Assembly (NCBI GenBank): GCA_963575745.1
Contig: CAUYUJ010000117.1
Span: forward strand, 62,001-117,995
Origin: Prorocentrum cordatum
Lineage: Eukaryota
Length of the DNA stretch: 55,995 bases
Reading direction: 5' to 3'
Made by a program: the position numbers and the translations under genes. Every line of letters starts with the position of its first letter. Position 1 is the first letter of the stretch. Below the pieces are notes generated by a model that was not told where the DNA came from, ran no database searches, and saw nothing but the letters and a program-made list of their open reading frames with translations. Positions 10,199 to 23,050 of this stretch are shown piece by piece.

Positions 10199-12300
10199 GA
10201 GGGCTGGTACTTCGAGTCCGAGCGGTGCCTGGTCACGGACCTCGGCGACAAGCTGGACCTCGCGCTCCTGGGGCCTCGCGAGCTCGGCCTGGAGGCGGGG
10301 CTCGGCGCGCGGCGGGCCTCCGACCGCCACGAGATGCGGAAGCTGGCCCGCAGCGACGCGCTGCGGGGGCCGCTCTTCTGGGATGCGCTCGCACCGCTGC
10401 TGGGGCCAGGCGGCGACCTCGGTGAGCGCGAGCAGCACGCGCTGATCGCCTACATCTCCAACGCGCACTGGCCACAGGCGAGGCTGCTCGACGCTGGGGA
10501 GCGCGGCCATGCGAGATGCCGGTGCTGCGGGGCGGAGCGGGGCACACTCTGGCACAGGCTGTTCGAGTGCCCCGTGCTGGCGGCGCAGCGGAGGGACTCC
10601 CTCTCTCCGCGGCTCGCGCGGTATGCGGCGCTGGCGCGCGCCCGAGGCGAGGCTGCCGGCGAGAACTTCGCTCGATGCTGGCTGCCAGCGCCTCCGCCGC
10701 CGCAGGGCCGCCGCACCGACGCCATGAGTGTGTGGTGGATCCGTCGGCCGCCCGACGACAAGCTCAACGGGAAGCTGTACCTGGACGGCTCGGCCATCGA
10801 GCCCCACTTCAGCTCCCTCCGCCGCGCGGGCTGGGCCATCGCGCAGTGCGACGACGACGGCAACCTGATCGTGGGCGTCTACGGCACGGTCCGGCGCGAC
10901 CTCTGCCCGCAGCAGACGGCCAAGGACGGCGAGGACTTCGCGGTCTGGATGCTGGCCAACTACGCGGGGCCCTCGGTGGAGGAGGTCAACATCGACTGCA
11001 GCTCCACGGTCGCGTGCCTGCGGCGAGGGCGGGCCTACGCGACGGCGCCCAACAGGGCCAACGTCCATCTCTGGAGCAGGATCCTGGCGGCGTTCGAGCC
11101 TGGCTCCTTGGCGGTGCGGAAGGTCCCAGCGCACTGCAGCCGCCAGGCCGTGCTGGACGGGCGCCTGACGGAGGCCCAGCGCCGCGGGAACCAGCACGCG
11201 GACCGACTCGCCAAGATGGGCGCCAGGCTGCACGCCGTGGACAGCAAGACCGTGGGTGAGCACCACGCGCTGGCTGAGGTGGTCCAGGAGCTGGCGCGCT
11301 TGATCAGCCAGGCGGCGGTCATCTGGCAGGGCATCGACGAGAAGGACAGCGAGGGCCTCCCTGATGCTGGTGAGCGGCGGCAGGTGCGCTTTGAGGTGCC
11401 GCCTGAGCCGCAGGCCCCGCCCGCTGGGCAGGCGAGCGCGGGCCCAGCGCCCAAGAGGCCGCGGCTGGAGAGCGCCCGCTCGACTGGCAGCGCCGCGGGC
11501 TTCTCCGCCAGCGCGGCTGCCTTCTGCATCCTCGGGCACGCCCTCTGCTACGCCCGCAGCTCCGACGGCGAGAAGACCCAGGACCTCGTGGCGTGCACGA
11601 AGTGCGGGGCCTACATGGTCCTGGGCGGCCGCTCGGGACGAAGCCGCGCTTGAAGGAGCCCTGCGTGGGCGACAGGACGGACAGGAGCGGCCGCAACCAG
11701 CGTAGCCTCTGGGCGCGGGGGCTCCACCCAGGCGGCAGGCCGCGGGCGAGCAGCCAGCGCCAGAAGGACGCGGCCATCCCGGTCCTGCGGGCGCAGGGGC
11801 CCGTGCCAGCCGACGCCCAGGAGCGGTACCTGGAGTGGCTCGGCGTGGAGTCGAGCGCGCGCCGTCGGCGGCAGGCGGCGCGGCGTCCAGCTCTGCCGGC
11901 CCCAGCGGCGGCGGCGGCGGCGAGCCCGCAGCCAGCGGAGGGCCTGCGCCCGCGGCGCCCGCGGCGGGCCGCGCGGGCGGGAGTATGTCCGCATTTGCCG
12001 GTTGCGGACACACTCCCGTGCAGGCCCCGGGCGCCCTCGGAGCCGGCGCTGGCTCTGGCGCGGCTGGGGCGCGCGGCGCCCTTCTCGCCGCGTACGGCCT
12101 CGACGAGGACGAGCTCGCCACGAGGGCCGTGGAGGCCGTGAGCGCGGTCGAGCGCAGACGCGTGCGGCGCCGCCTCGAGAGCCGTGGAGCCCGCTCTGAG
12201 AGCGATTGATCAAGTGTAGTATATGTTCTCTGCATTGCTCCGCTTGATTGGCTATGATCATGTAGAGTATATGTTCTTATCTTTCAGAGCTTGCTTCACG
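10199..12300 (+). mobile_element. Element B: 5'-truncated LINE (post-RT region, CCHC finger, RNase H, C-terminal Cys motif)
   Basis: ORF 10334-11653 is open from 10199. It contains CRCCG...HRLFECP and RNase H motifs LYLDGS / GEDFA / NIDC / KVPAH / GNQHADRLAK. CTKCGAY continues after a frameshift into LKEPC...RGLHP. The 3' boundary is approximate. Confidence 0.88.
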
Positions 12301-12959
12301 TGATGCTGGGGGGGCGAGGCGTTTTCAAGGCTCAGCCTTTCGCCTGCCCAGGCCCAAAGCGGCCTCCCCTCGGTGTTGGAAGGGTTTTTTCCTCACCTTT
12401 AGGGCCCCGGCAATACAATACAATTCTCCTCCCTTCTTCCCCCTCCCCCTTCTCCCCCCTAGAAGAAGATAGAAAGGAGGAGGAGGGAGGGAGATGTGGA
12501 AGTGAGGTTGGGGCCCTCCTCCTCCTGCTACTCCTTCCTCCTCCTCCTTCTCCTCCTTCTCCTCCTCCTCCTCCTCCTCCTCCTCCTCCTGCTGCTCCTC
12601 CTGCTGCTCCTCCTGCTGCTCCTCCTGCTGCTCCTCCTGCTGCTCCTCCTCCTCCTGTTGCTCCTGCTGCTGCTCCTCCTGCTCCTCTCCCTCCTCCTCT
12701 CCTCCTCCTCTCTCCTGCCTCCTCCTCCTCCTCCTCTCCTCCTCTCCTGCTCCTCTCCCTCCTCCTCCTCTCCTCTCCTCCTCCACTCCTCCTCCTCCTC
12801 CTCCTCCTCCTCCCCTCCTCCTCCTCCTCCTCCTCCTCCCTCCTCTCCTCTCCTCCTCCTCCTCCTCCTCCTCCTCCTCCTCCTCCTCCTCCTCCTCCTC
12901 CCCCCCTCGCCCTCTTCTCCTCCTCCCCGCCGTGCAGGAGGACGGGGCTTGGCGCTGGC

Positions 12960-13034
12960 CTCGCAGTCCACTAGGCGGCAGCCCGCCACCTCCTCCAGGT
13001 TGCTCTGGCACGGCGCGCCGCCCGAGGCGGCCTC
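12960..13034 (-). CDS. Host TSP1-repeat protein exon (EAASGGAPCQSNLEEVAGCRLVDCE)
   Basis: Encodes the GGxPC...LEE..C end of one TSP1 repeat plus the VDC start of the next. AG acceptor, GC donor, phase 0. Confidence 0.85.
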
Positions 13035-13904
13035 CTCTGGGTGGGGCGCCGGACCCCCTGGGCCAAGGGGGGAGAGGGAGAGGGCGAGGAGGAGGAGGAG
13101 GTGGTTCAGAGGCGGAGGAGGGAGGAGGAGGAGGAGGAGGAGGAGGAGGAGGAGGAGGAGGAGGAGGAGGAGGAGGAGGGCCAGGAGGAAGAGGAGGTGG
13201 TTCAGAGGAGGAGAAGGAGGAGGAGGAGGAGGAGGAGGAGGGAGGAGGAGGAGGAGGGATTGGGAGAAGGAGGAGGAGGAGGAGGAGAGAGGAGGAGGAG
13301 GAGGAGGGGGAGGAAGAGGAGGAGGAGGAGGAGGAGGAGGAGGAGGAGGAGGAGGAGGAGGAGGAGGAATAGGAGGAGGAGGAGGAGAGGAGGAGGGGGA
13401 GGAGGAGGAAGAGGAGGAGGAGGAGGCTGATGAGGAGGATGAGCGGGTGGGGGAGGTTCATGTGGATGGTGAGGTAGAGGGAAGATGAAGAGGACGATGA
13501 GGGAGGAGGTGAAGGAACAGAAGGAAGGAGGGGGAGAGAAGGGTGAGGAGAAGTACAGAAAGTAAAGCAATATTGCAAACATGAGTTGGGACGGAACATG
13601 CGAAGGGAGCAGGAAGAGCAGGAGGAGGAGGAGGAGGAGGAGGAGGAGGAGGAGCAGGAGGAGGGAGAGAGCAAAGGAGGCACGCACGCGAGGACGCCGC
13701 ACGCGGATGCACACGCGTGCAATTCGTCCTCCAGCGCGGATCACGTGTTACGGGCCACGTGACGCACTCACTAAACAGCCACATGTTGCGGGAGAGTGCA
13801 AACCTGAAGAAACGACACGCAGGGCAAAGATGAACAGGGGCACACGCTCGCACAGGACGCGGACCATGAGTTGCATCGCCTGCGTTGAGACGCGCTCGAC
13901 CCAC

Positions 13905-14006
13905 AAAACCACACACACAACACACACACACACACACTTGTTGCGTCGGCGGCTGAGCAGAGGGCGACTGCTCTGGCGGAAAAGGCACACACACACACAC
14001 TCACAC

Positions 14007-14039
<33 letters not shown>

Positions 14040-15110
14040 CACACACACACACTCTTGGCCAGTGAACCGGAGGCTGTGATTACGCGCGCAACTACCGAAT
14101 CCCGCCGCGTGCAAGCCTCGCGACACGCGGCCTGGGCCAACCATGGGAAGTACACACTGCGGCCGTGGTCGACGACGCGCGCCGGCCACCATGCAGGTGA
14201 ACTCCAAATCCATCATGCACCAGATTTCGTAATAAAGGGAGGGGGGTCTCATTTCGGGGGGGGTCTCTTCCAGGCTATCTTGGAGGGCCTGGGAGGTCTG
14301 GGGACGATGTTTTAAAGGGTTCTCCCACGGGGTAGGTTTGAAATGGCTCGTCTTGGAGGGTCCAGACCCCCTCCCTTTCATTTCGAAATCTGGGGTACAC
14401 AAACATAGTGAATGGACTGCAGCTAGGAACTTCTGCCTAGCCTGTTGCGGCGGCGGCCCCTGCGAGACGCTATGCCTTGCAAGCGGATCGCGTCTTGCTC
14501 TGCTCTGTAAGACGGTAGACTGGAAAACACCTGGAGCATTGGTGCCTGGGCACTGGGACGTGCTTCGCGTGTTGCACCGCGGCGTGGTGGGCTTGAACCG
14601 GCGGCGTGACACGCCAAGTAAAAAGTCCAGACCGTCTTGCCCATCCCGAAAACCAGAGCGACACAACGAAGACTGGAACCAAGTAAGCACGGACACGCAT
14701 ACGCACGCACGTCCAGCACACACACACACACACGCACGCGCACGCCCACACGCTCTTTTATAACCGCGGAAACGAAGAAATCATCGGGTCACCAGCATGC
14801 ATGCCACGCAGAAACAAATCGCGCACGACCTCGTGTCGAACTCGCTCGAGCCACACTCGTAATATCCGCGTGAAAAGCTGGAGAAGGCGACAGAAACACC
14901 CCCCCACCCTCACACACAGACACACACACACACACACACCGACACACACACACACAGACACAGACACAGACACAGGCACAGGCACAAACACAGACACCAC
15001 ACATACCACATATTACATAACATATAACACACCACACACACAACACACAACACATACACACCACCCACAGACACAGACACAGACACAGACATAAACATAC
15101 GCAGACACGA

Positions 15111-15141
<31 letters not shown>

Positions 15142-15255
15142 AACACACGCGCGCACACGAGCATCCACACACAAACACTCGCACGAAATCGCACACAAAC
15201 ACACACACACACACACATACACACACACACTCACACACACACACTCATACACATG
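13905..15255. repeat. (CA)n-rich microsatellite cluster
   Basis: CA runs at about 13905-14052, 14715-14750 and 14910-15255. Confidence 0.9.
14220..14393. mobile_element. MITE-like foldback with ~30-bp inverted ends
   Basis: CCAGATTTCGTAATAAAGGGAGGGGGGTCT versus reverse complement CCAGATTTCGAAATGAAAGGGAGGGGGTCT. Confidence 0.7.
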
Positions 15256-16060
15256 TATTCATTAGACGCTCGGCTGAATCCAAACACGTATGCAGGGTGA
15301 CGGGGCGCGAATGCCTTGATGTGACTTCCTTGTGACACAACGCACCTGACGAGGCCAGAACACCGCGCGGAGGTGATCCTACCCCGATGCAGCCGGGCGG
15401 TGCCTGACACACGTGTCCGCCCGCCCGACCCGACCCGACCCGTCCGTTAAGGTCCGACCGCGTAACCCGCGCCTTAGGTTCCACCCGACCCGCCCGTTAG
15501 ATCCTCAACACATTTCCATCGCTCACTTCCCCAACGGCCTCTGGTATACGGTAAGAACGAGGACCACTGCAATGCCAAGAGCTACGGAATGTGATTTTCA
15601 GGTTCGGTGGGGGCGGGTATGATTGCGTTCCACATCCAGGCCGGACTATATAGCATCATGCTAGACCGAAGACCACGGGCCAACAAGTGTGGATCGCGCA
15701 GTCCACCCGCTGGTCTTTGAGTAACCGCTTGGGGACAGAGGCAGACCGGGCCACGGATCAAGACGAATCCGATGAGAGTCCAGCGATTCAAACACCCCGA
15801 TGCTGAGTGGCATCTTCGTCCTCACCCCCTTCCTCTTTCTTCCTCCTCCCTCCTCCTACTCAGCCCACCTGCTCCTCCTTCTCCACCCTCTTTCTCATCC
15901 ACCCTCCTCCTCCTCCTCCTCCTCCTCCTCCTCCTCCTCCTCCTCCTCCTCCTTATCCCCCTCCTCCTCCTCATCCCCCTCCTCCCTCATCCCCCTCCTC
16001 CCTCATCGTCCTCCTCCCTTCTCCTCCCTCTTTTCCCATCGCCTTCTCCTTGTCCCTCCT

Positions 16061-16076
16061 CCTCCTTGTCCCCCCT
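16061..16076. repeat. Target-site duplication of element C (left copy)
   Basis: CCTCCTTGTCCCCCCT is identical to 22590-22605. Confidence 0.9.
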
Positions 16077-16199
16077 GTGATCCTGTGATCCTCTGGCGGA
16101 CAGGTACACCTCCCACAGGGCGCACGAGCCGCTGGAAAAGGGGCAAGAGGGGCGAAGGGGGGTGGACGGTGGAGCAACCCGCCAGGCAGGAAAAGTGAC

Positions 16200-19100
16200 C
16201 TGACTAGGGTTGCCTGGGCGGGGCTGGCCAACTCTTCCCGAACGATTTGCGGGTCGAGGGGTCCACCCCCTTCTTTTAATGCGCCAACGACTGGCTAGCA
16301 CCTTTGTTCCTGGGCCCCTGTGGCACACCTCGATGAAATGCTTGGAGCGCATAGAGCCGTAGGCTCCGCACTGCCTGCGCCACACGATGCCTCCGCGGCC
16401 AATCCACAGCACATGAAAGCTGTGAGCTGAGCGCGCGAGCCTGGGAACTCCGCTGCATGGAGCCATGCACAGCCCTGTCCGTGAAGCCGCTTTGTCCCCA
16501 CAGATGGCACAACAAAACCGATGATACGATTTCCCATACCTACGGACATCATGGCCGTTGGGATTGGAAACCAACTGCAGGGGGCTGGGTCGGGGCCTCT
16601 TGGGAGCCCTAACCTTCTCCACATCAGGCAAATTCCCCTCCGAGAGAGCACATAAAACCGAAGCCTGCAACTGTCCTACCATACGAACCTGCTCAGAGAG
16701 GGAAACGTAACGGTCCTTGATCAGGGGATGGTGTGGGTGGCAACGGGCACTCCCTCCGCCAACCTGTCCGCCTCCCTGTTTCCCTTCCAGGCCCAGATCG
16801 GGTGGCCCCTCTCGAGAGCCTTGGTCAAGCTGAGGTGGGACTTAATTTTTATCAGGATTATGTTCTCCCGTCCAATGCCCTTGCCTTCCTGGAAGATGCG
16901 GGGCCACAGCTCGCTGAAGGCCAGGCGCTCGAGATTCTGCTGCGGCCCTCGCTCCCACACATCGATGACAAGCTTACAGTCCGTGACAACAGCGACAGGG
17001 CCTGCACCGCACATCTGGAAGGCCATCAGAAGAGCATAGATCTCCCCTCCTCCTGCCTCCTGGATGGGGTGGGGGAGGGGCCCGTAGCAGGAGCCGATGA
17101 TGTCACACGTGTCGCTGGCCATGCGGACTACCGCCCAAACTGCCCGAGTGAAGGGCAACTCGGGATCGATCGCCGAGCCATCGATGCACATGCGCACCTG
17201 AAACACGCCATTTTGCGGGTACTTCTCCCGCTGGATGGCTGGCGTCTGGAGCCCACATGGCCAGCCTGCCTCTGGGGTGCGCACCAGACACCTACCGTAA
17301 AAGATGGGGTCTGCTCCTGCTGCGTTGGCCTGGCTGACCGCATCGTCGACGTCCATGCTCTGGCGCAGCAAGTGCGTGCCCATGCAGCGGTAAAAACGGT
17401 GGGTCGGGGTCCCTGCTTCCACCTTGCACCGCCGGCAGTCAGGTCGGATCGCGCGCCCGTCGAGATGCAAAGTGCGTTGGGTCGGGTAACCTCCAGCCAC
17501 TAGTCCCGACAGCAGCCTAGCCTTGAGTTCCCCCTGGGCCCCTTCCACGCCTGAACTCCGTGATCAGCGAGGCCAGGGGCTTGATGAGGGGGGGAACTCC
17601 CACCGCGCCCCAGACTTTACTGCCCACTCTGAGCCCCATGGGGTCCCAGGTGTCCTGCTGGATGAGCTTGGTGAGAGACCTCTTCCCAAGATCCAAGACG
17701 TCTACCTCCTTCTTGCTTCTGGTGAGCCACCGGTGCCAACTGGGAGCCCCCCGCCCCAGCCGCTTCAGGGTAAGCACGACAGCCCCAGCAGGCCCGCGGA
17801 CATCGTGCCAGGCGAAGGATGGGGCCGTCTGGGCCGCCGAAAAACATGCGCGCATAGTCTCCGTAGCAGCCCATCCTTCACGAGCTGCACGGCTCCAGGC
17901 TATCAGCGGCAAAATATTGGCCTGGTACTCTGGGTCTGAGGCTGGGTTACTGGATAGCATGAACTCCAACGTGCGGCTTCGTCCCTTGGCAGCACCGAGC
18001 GAAGCATATGCCAGGGCCGCCCGCAGCCCCTTGATCCGACTGTCCGTCATGCCTCTGACACACGTACCGCGCAGCCCTGCAGGGAGCGCACCGCCACGGA
18101 CGACCTTCATCAGGCCGTGGAACGAGCTCCTCAAACTTCGGAATTTCGCAAGCCTAGCTCTGATCTGGCCGAATCTGGCGTTGAGCACCTTCTTGGACTT
18201 CAGCCCCTTGGGCCTCATTCCGAAATCGCAACCGAGATTCTGAGCGGCATCGATGGCCTGAAAAGCCCAGCGTTCAAGGCGCTTGGCCACACCTCGGGCC
18301 ACCTCCTTGCAGGACGAAGCGATTTTTCCCTTGGATTCAGATATGACCAGGCAGAGCTCTTCCAAAATCTGGCAGAGGTGGGTTGTCGCGTTGCCTAGGC
18401 CCACCTGCGCAAACTTCGCGGAGTCTGACGTGAACAGCGTGATGTCGTCAACAACGTTGAAGGGGAAGACTGTCGGCCACTTTTCAACCATAGAGTCCAG
18501 GGCCCCATAAGAAACAGCCTCAGGAGGCTGGTGGCGAAGGGGCAACCTGCAAGTATTGACGGGTGAACTTGCGTGACCATGGAGCAAACGCCTGCCAGGC
18601 TCAGCACACGAGGGCCACGGTACTGCTGCAGACACACGCGCAGCCTGTACAACGGGAAGCTCCACTTCACCGCTGCCTCGATCAGGGGGTAATGGCATAC
18701 CTTCTCATGGGCCTTGGTGAGATCCATGAGGGATATCCCCGCGGTGCCCCCCTGGAGGTTGGATGCTCGACAGACAGCGACTGCTCCCAGGCGGCCTGCT
18801 CGCAAGAGCGTCCCTGGACACCGTGCTGGTAGTCTCTGTAGTTTTCCCGCTCCCAAGACACCGCTTCAGCTCTATTGATCTTCCCGAAGACCCTCGACAC
18901 AGCAGTCATGATACCGATAGGCCGATCGCACCCCTCAGGTTTCAATAACTGCGCCAGGAGAACCAGGGAGATACAGGAACTCAGGAACCCGTCGGCCTCC
19001 TGCCAGTACCAGAGGAGCCCCAGACACTCCAGAACCCCATCAGAGAGGTTGCCGAACTCGCGGGGGTGGAGCATGTCGGCCCCCATGGCAGTGAAGGGCT

Positions 19101-20690
19101 TGAAACTCTTTGCAGCTGCTCGTATCTCAGCTGGCTGCCGGGGAGCTGGGCAAAGATCAGCGACTCCCAGTCCTCTCTCCTGGGCCTGCCCCCGAAGCTT
19201 CTGGTTCGGAAACGGGAGAGAGTCTGGGAACTGGCCAGCCTTAGGGTGGGGGGCCCAGACCTGGATCCAGAAGTTGAGCAGCTCATCCACCTGCGGCTGA
19301 GGCCCTGGCGGGGGGGGGGGCTTCGAGACTGGCACTGGGGATCCAGGCGGCAGCGGGCTGGGAGTACTTGTGGGCTTCCCCCCCACCCTGGCTGGCGGCT
19401 TCGGCTACCCGCTGACGCCACTTGGCTCCACGCTCGCTCTTGAAGCGCGACTCGCACTTAGTGGCGAGCTTGGTGGCCCGCACAAGCATGTCGCGCCACT
19501 CCTTGGTGGTGTACAGGAACAGAGTGTCGAGCGGTGGCAGCCAACCTTCCCACTCTTTACTGTTGAGCAGCCTTGCAGGTCCCTTGGTAAGCCTGTTGAT
19601 CAGCCTCGCACATTCCTCGTCGCCCCAAGAAACACCTTTCTTAGAGATCTGGTAGAGCTCGAGAGCCCAATGTGCGACCTGCCTCCAGCCCCTGGACCCG
19701 GCGGGCCCCGCGGGATAAGCACCCCCAGCAACCCGAAGAGCAGGCGCCCACGCAAACTTGGGAGGCTGGCCTCGTCCACGGTACTTGGGGCGCTCGAAAG
19801 GGTCGATGGCGTGAGCCTCCAACAGTTCATCCTCCATCTTCTGGAAGAAAGCCGAAAAGGTCGCGTCTAACTTCAGCTGGGAGCCGCGCGAGCTGGCAGC
19901 AGAGATAAGCTCTGACCAGTCTGGCGGCTCTGGTGATGGGCCGATTGGGAGATCGCGAGGGGAGGCACGCGGCCTACGCAGCACCCGAACTTTCGAGTCC
20001 AGCGGCTGGCCTGACAAAGTGAGGGTGATAGGCCAATGCGTCTTGATACCTGAGTCCTCGTTTCTCTTGACCCCTTTGACAACCTTCTGCAGAGCTCTAG
20101 TGATGATGAAGAAACCAATGCAACGCCAAGACTCCCCGTCGAGCGGCACGTTGGCTCAGAAATCGAAACGATGCAGCCTCCAAGGCGCTCTGGCCAGCCC
20201 CCGTCCGAAAGTTGCTCTGGAGCGCAGTTCCAGTCAGCGCCTATAATGAGAGGGGTGTCCATGCCAAAGAGGTATTCCCCAAGACGCGCCAGGATCTGAC
20301 TCCCTTCTGGCCCCAGGGGGTCCTTCTCGTCCAGGTGCACAGTGACTCCCAAGAAACCGCCTTCGATGAACGTGTTAATGTAAGTCACCTTGACCCGATG
20401 GGGGCTAGGCAGTGCACGCGTGACATTGGGGGGCTTCCCCATGCCAATACGCCTGCGCACAGCAATCCACACTCCTGGTGATACCCCGCCAGCCTCTGTG
20501 GCCACCGAGGCGTTCAGCGCGACGTCCCAACCTAGCTTCTTTAAAAAGTCCTCCTTAGCCGGCACAGAGTCACCTAGCACCCCGATCTCCTGGAGGAACA
20601 CCGCAGAGGCCTCCGTCTCCTTCGCATGGTGCGGCAATAACGATCCCCAGGATGTCGCATTGCACGTCTCCACTAGGAAACGTCGGGCTC
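16200..20690 (-). pseudogene. Element C ORF2: EEP endonuclease, reverse transcriptase, CCHC finger, RNase H, C-terminal Cys motifs (frameshifted)
   Basis: EN: ETCNATSW, FLQE, IIGADWN, IGFFI, THWPI. RT: AMGAD, KPEGCDRPIG, MDLTKAHE, ILAGCPFA, VVDDITL, NLGCDF. Finger: CRRC..HRFYRC. RNase H: IDGS, GEIYA, VTDC, IKSH, GNREAD. Confidence 0.9.
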
Positions 20691-21239
20691 TGCGCCGGCG
20701 GCCGCGAGAGGACCTACCTGGGGCCTGTGCGGGGGGGCTCTCTCGGAGGTGGCTGCGGCAATTGAAACTGAGACGATTGCTGGCGCCGCTGAGCGGCGCC
20801 AGCTGCACGGCGCCTAGGGCCCCCAGGTGGTCCCGAGGGGCCCTCACATGGCGTTGATGGGGCAGAAGCACGTGAGCCCCGACCCCCACGCTCAGGACGA
20901 AGCGCAGCTTTGCGCCCCCCCCCCCCTGCCCCCCCCCTCAGGTCCGTGACGGTTTTTTTTTGTGTTCTCGAAACGTGGCTGGGCAAAACGCGGGGAGGAG
21001 GGGGGAACGCCAGGAACGTCGTGACCCTGTTGGCGACGCTCCCGCGGAAAGTGGGGCTCCTGTGGCGCCCCCCCCCAGCCCCTCCAGCGATTCCCAACCG
21101 AGGGGGTCTTCCTGCGGGTTCCTGGACTCCTCCGAACCCAGTTCGCGCAGGTGCCAGCCCCTCGAGCTGGGGGGCCCGTGCCCGTCGACGCGGAACCCGA
21201 CGCCGTCGTGGGGGCCCCTGAACATGCCGCCGCCGTCGT

Positions 21240-22381
21240 AGCCGCAGATGTAGACTGATTTGGCGCCACTGCTGGCGCCCCTGCGGGCGCTACGCAGGCT
21301 GCTCGGCCGCCAGTGCCACTAGGAACACGACCCTGGCTTGTCCTCCTTACCCGCAGGTTTGAGCAGGCCTTGGGCTCGGACGCGGGGATCAGGCCCACCG
21401 ATGACTTTGCCCTTGCCCCCTTGCCCATGCCAATGACTCCTGCCACAGCTGGAGGATTGCCCTCTGACGCTGCGGCAGGCTCGCCTGCGGTGGCACTGGC
21501 GGGACCAGTCTCGCCCTCGTCAGTTTTGCGCTTCTTGTCCTGGAGGCGCCCCTTGGCCTTCTCGTGCTCGGCCTTCGCGGCGTTGGCTTTCTCTCGGGCC
21601 TTGCCGGACAGCTCCGTGGCAGACCGTGGCAGGCTGTCCAGCAACTCTTTTCCCTCTTCTTGGCCTGTTCCAAGTCGGACTCCTCGACATTCACGTAGTC
21701 GGCCAGACCGAAGAGAGACTCCACACCGCTGAACTTGATGACCGCTTCCCCGTCAAGAAGCTGGTCAAGGCTGATCGTAAGCACCTCCTCTGCCCCTGGC
21801 TCCTTGGCGGGGACAGCCGCCGCGTGGAGCTCCCTGATGGCTTGGGAGTAGGTCTCGTCCGGAACTGCAAGCTTCGTACGTGTCGTTTCCACCTTGGTCC
21901 GCTGCTCGTCGAGCTGCGCCTGCAGGGCCTCGAGAGCGTCGCAGTGGTCGAGGAGCTGCTGCTCGAGCCGCTTGATCTCCTGACCAGCCTTGTCAGCACG
22001 GGCCTTTGGCGGGTCAGGTGGTTGTGGAAGCGAAGCCTTCCATGCCAACTCATGCTGCTTTGCCAGCTGTGCGTTGCCTGCCTTGCGGGCCAACAGGATG
22101 AACTGCTGCACCTCAGATTCAGCGAGGCCTGCCACAGAAGGAAGAGCGCCAGGAGGAACACCCTCGGCCACGCCCGACTGGCCTTTCGCCTTGCCCTTGG
22201 ACTTGGCTTTGCCGCCGTAGGTGTCCGCATTCTTGGCCTCGTCCGCTGGCTTGGCATGCCCCTGCTTCCAGTGACGGCCGCAGTGCTTGCACTTAGGCGT
22301 ACTCTACATATTTTTCCCGCAGCCACAAGACTCACAGCGCCAACGCGATAGATTGTCTCGCCAGGGTGCGCCATGCGACAT
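21240..22381 (-). pseudogene. Element C ORF1: N-terminal W-x-C-x2-C...N...C-x2-C zinc finger and coiled coil
   Basis: ATG at 22381 gives MSHGAPWRDNLSRWRCESCGCGKNM*STPKCKHCGRHW, in frame with ORF 21389-22171 (heptad-rich). One premature TAG and a later frameshift; the 3' end is approximate. Confidence 0.75.
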
Positions 22382-22566
22382 GGCCCACTGGAAAGAGAAG
22401 ACGCGCGAGACCTTACCGTACTCGAGGTGTGCAGTGAGGTGTGACCTTGCAGACCTGCTGGCCCAGAAGGGAAAGAAAATATGCAGACTCCTGGCTGGGC
22501 AGCCGCCTGTGGAGCCTGCGGGCACGTCGGACGCCTCCTCGGGTGTGGGGGAGTCCACAGATGTTA

Positions 22567-22588
22567 CTTGAGCCAAAATGGCTACGGA
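22567..22588 (-). other. Perfect 22-nt dinoflagellate spliced leader at the 5' end of element C
   Basis: TCCGTAGCCATTTTGGCTCAAG matches the consensus DCCGTAGCCATTTTGGCTCAAG. It is followed by TAACAT, which is not a GT donor. Confidence 0.97.
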
Positions 22589-22589
22589 C

Positions 22590-22605
22590 CCTCCTTGTCC
22601 CCCCT
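22590..22605. repeat. Target-site duplication of element C (right copy)
   Basis: CCTCCTTGTCCCCCCT is identical to 16061-16076. Confidence 0.9.
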
Positions 22606-22714
22606 CCTCCTCCTCCTCCTCCTCCTCCTCCTCCTCCTCCTCCTCCTCCTCGTCCTCCTCCTCCTCCTCCTCCTCCTCCTCCTCCATCTCCTCCTCCTCC
22701 TCCTCCTCCTCCTC

Positions 22715-22774
<60 letters not shown>

Positions 22775-22844
22775 CTTGCTCCTCCTCCTTCTCCTCGCTG
22801 CTCGGGCCTCTACCCTCCTCCCTCCTGCCGGACCACCGCGGCTC

Positions 22845-22946
22845 CCGCAGCAGCGTGCGGTTCCGCAGCCGCAGACGCTGGTTTGAGCAGGCGCCCCACT
22901 CCGCCCACTCGGACAGCTCGCAGGGCGACGCCTCGCAGGCGGTGAC
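22845..22946 (-). CDS. Host TSP1-repeat protein exon (VTACEASPCELSEWAEWGACSNQRLRLRNRTLLR)
   Basis: Carries the CxLSEWxEWxxCS...RxRxR TSP1 signature. AG acceptor and GA donor join it in frame to the exon starting at 13034. Confidence 0.85.
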
Positions 22947-23050
22947 CTCGGCCGGGCACGCGCAGGACGGCGGGGGCAGAGGGCGCGCGCAGGATCGGCG
23001 GCGCACAGAGAGGGAAACAATAGGGAGCAGGCCCTCTGAGAAGGGCAGCG

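Larger units (their letters stand above)
16077..22589 (-). mobile_element. Element C: full-length but degenerate 6.5-kb LINE (SL head, ORF1, EN-RT-ZnF-RNase H-ZnF)
   Basis: Bounded by a 16-bp TSD, with a DinoSL at the 5' end and a (GGATCACA)2-like 3' tail. All expected domains are in order, with several frameshifts and stops. Confidence 0.93.

Noticed and set aside
9764..12235. 823-aa minus-strand ORF
   Set aside because: It is the antisense shadow of GC-rich element B and has no motifs.
22567..22588. SL RNA gene
   Set aside because: There is no GT donor after the leader; it lies inside a TSD and is followed by LINE ORF1.
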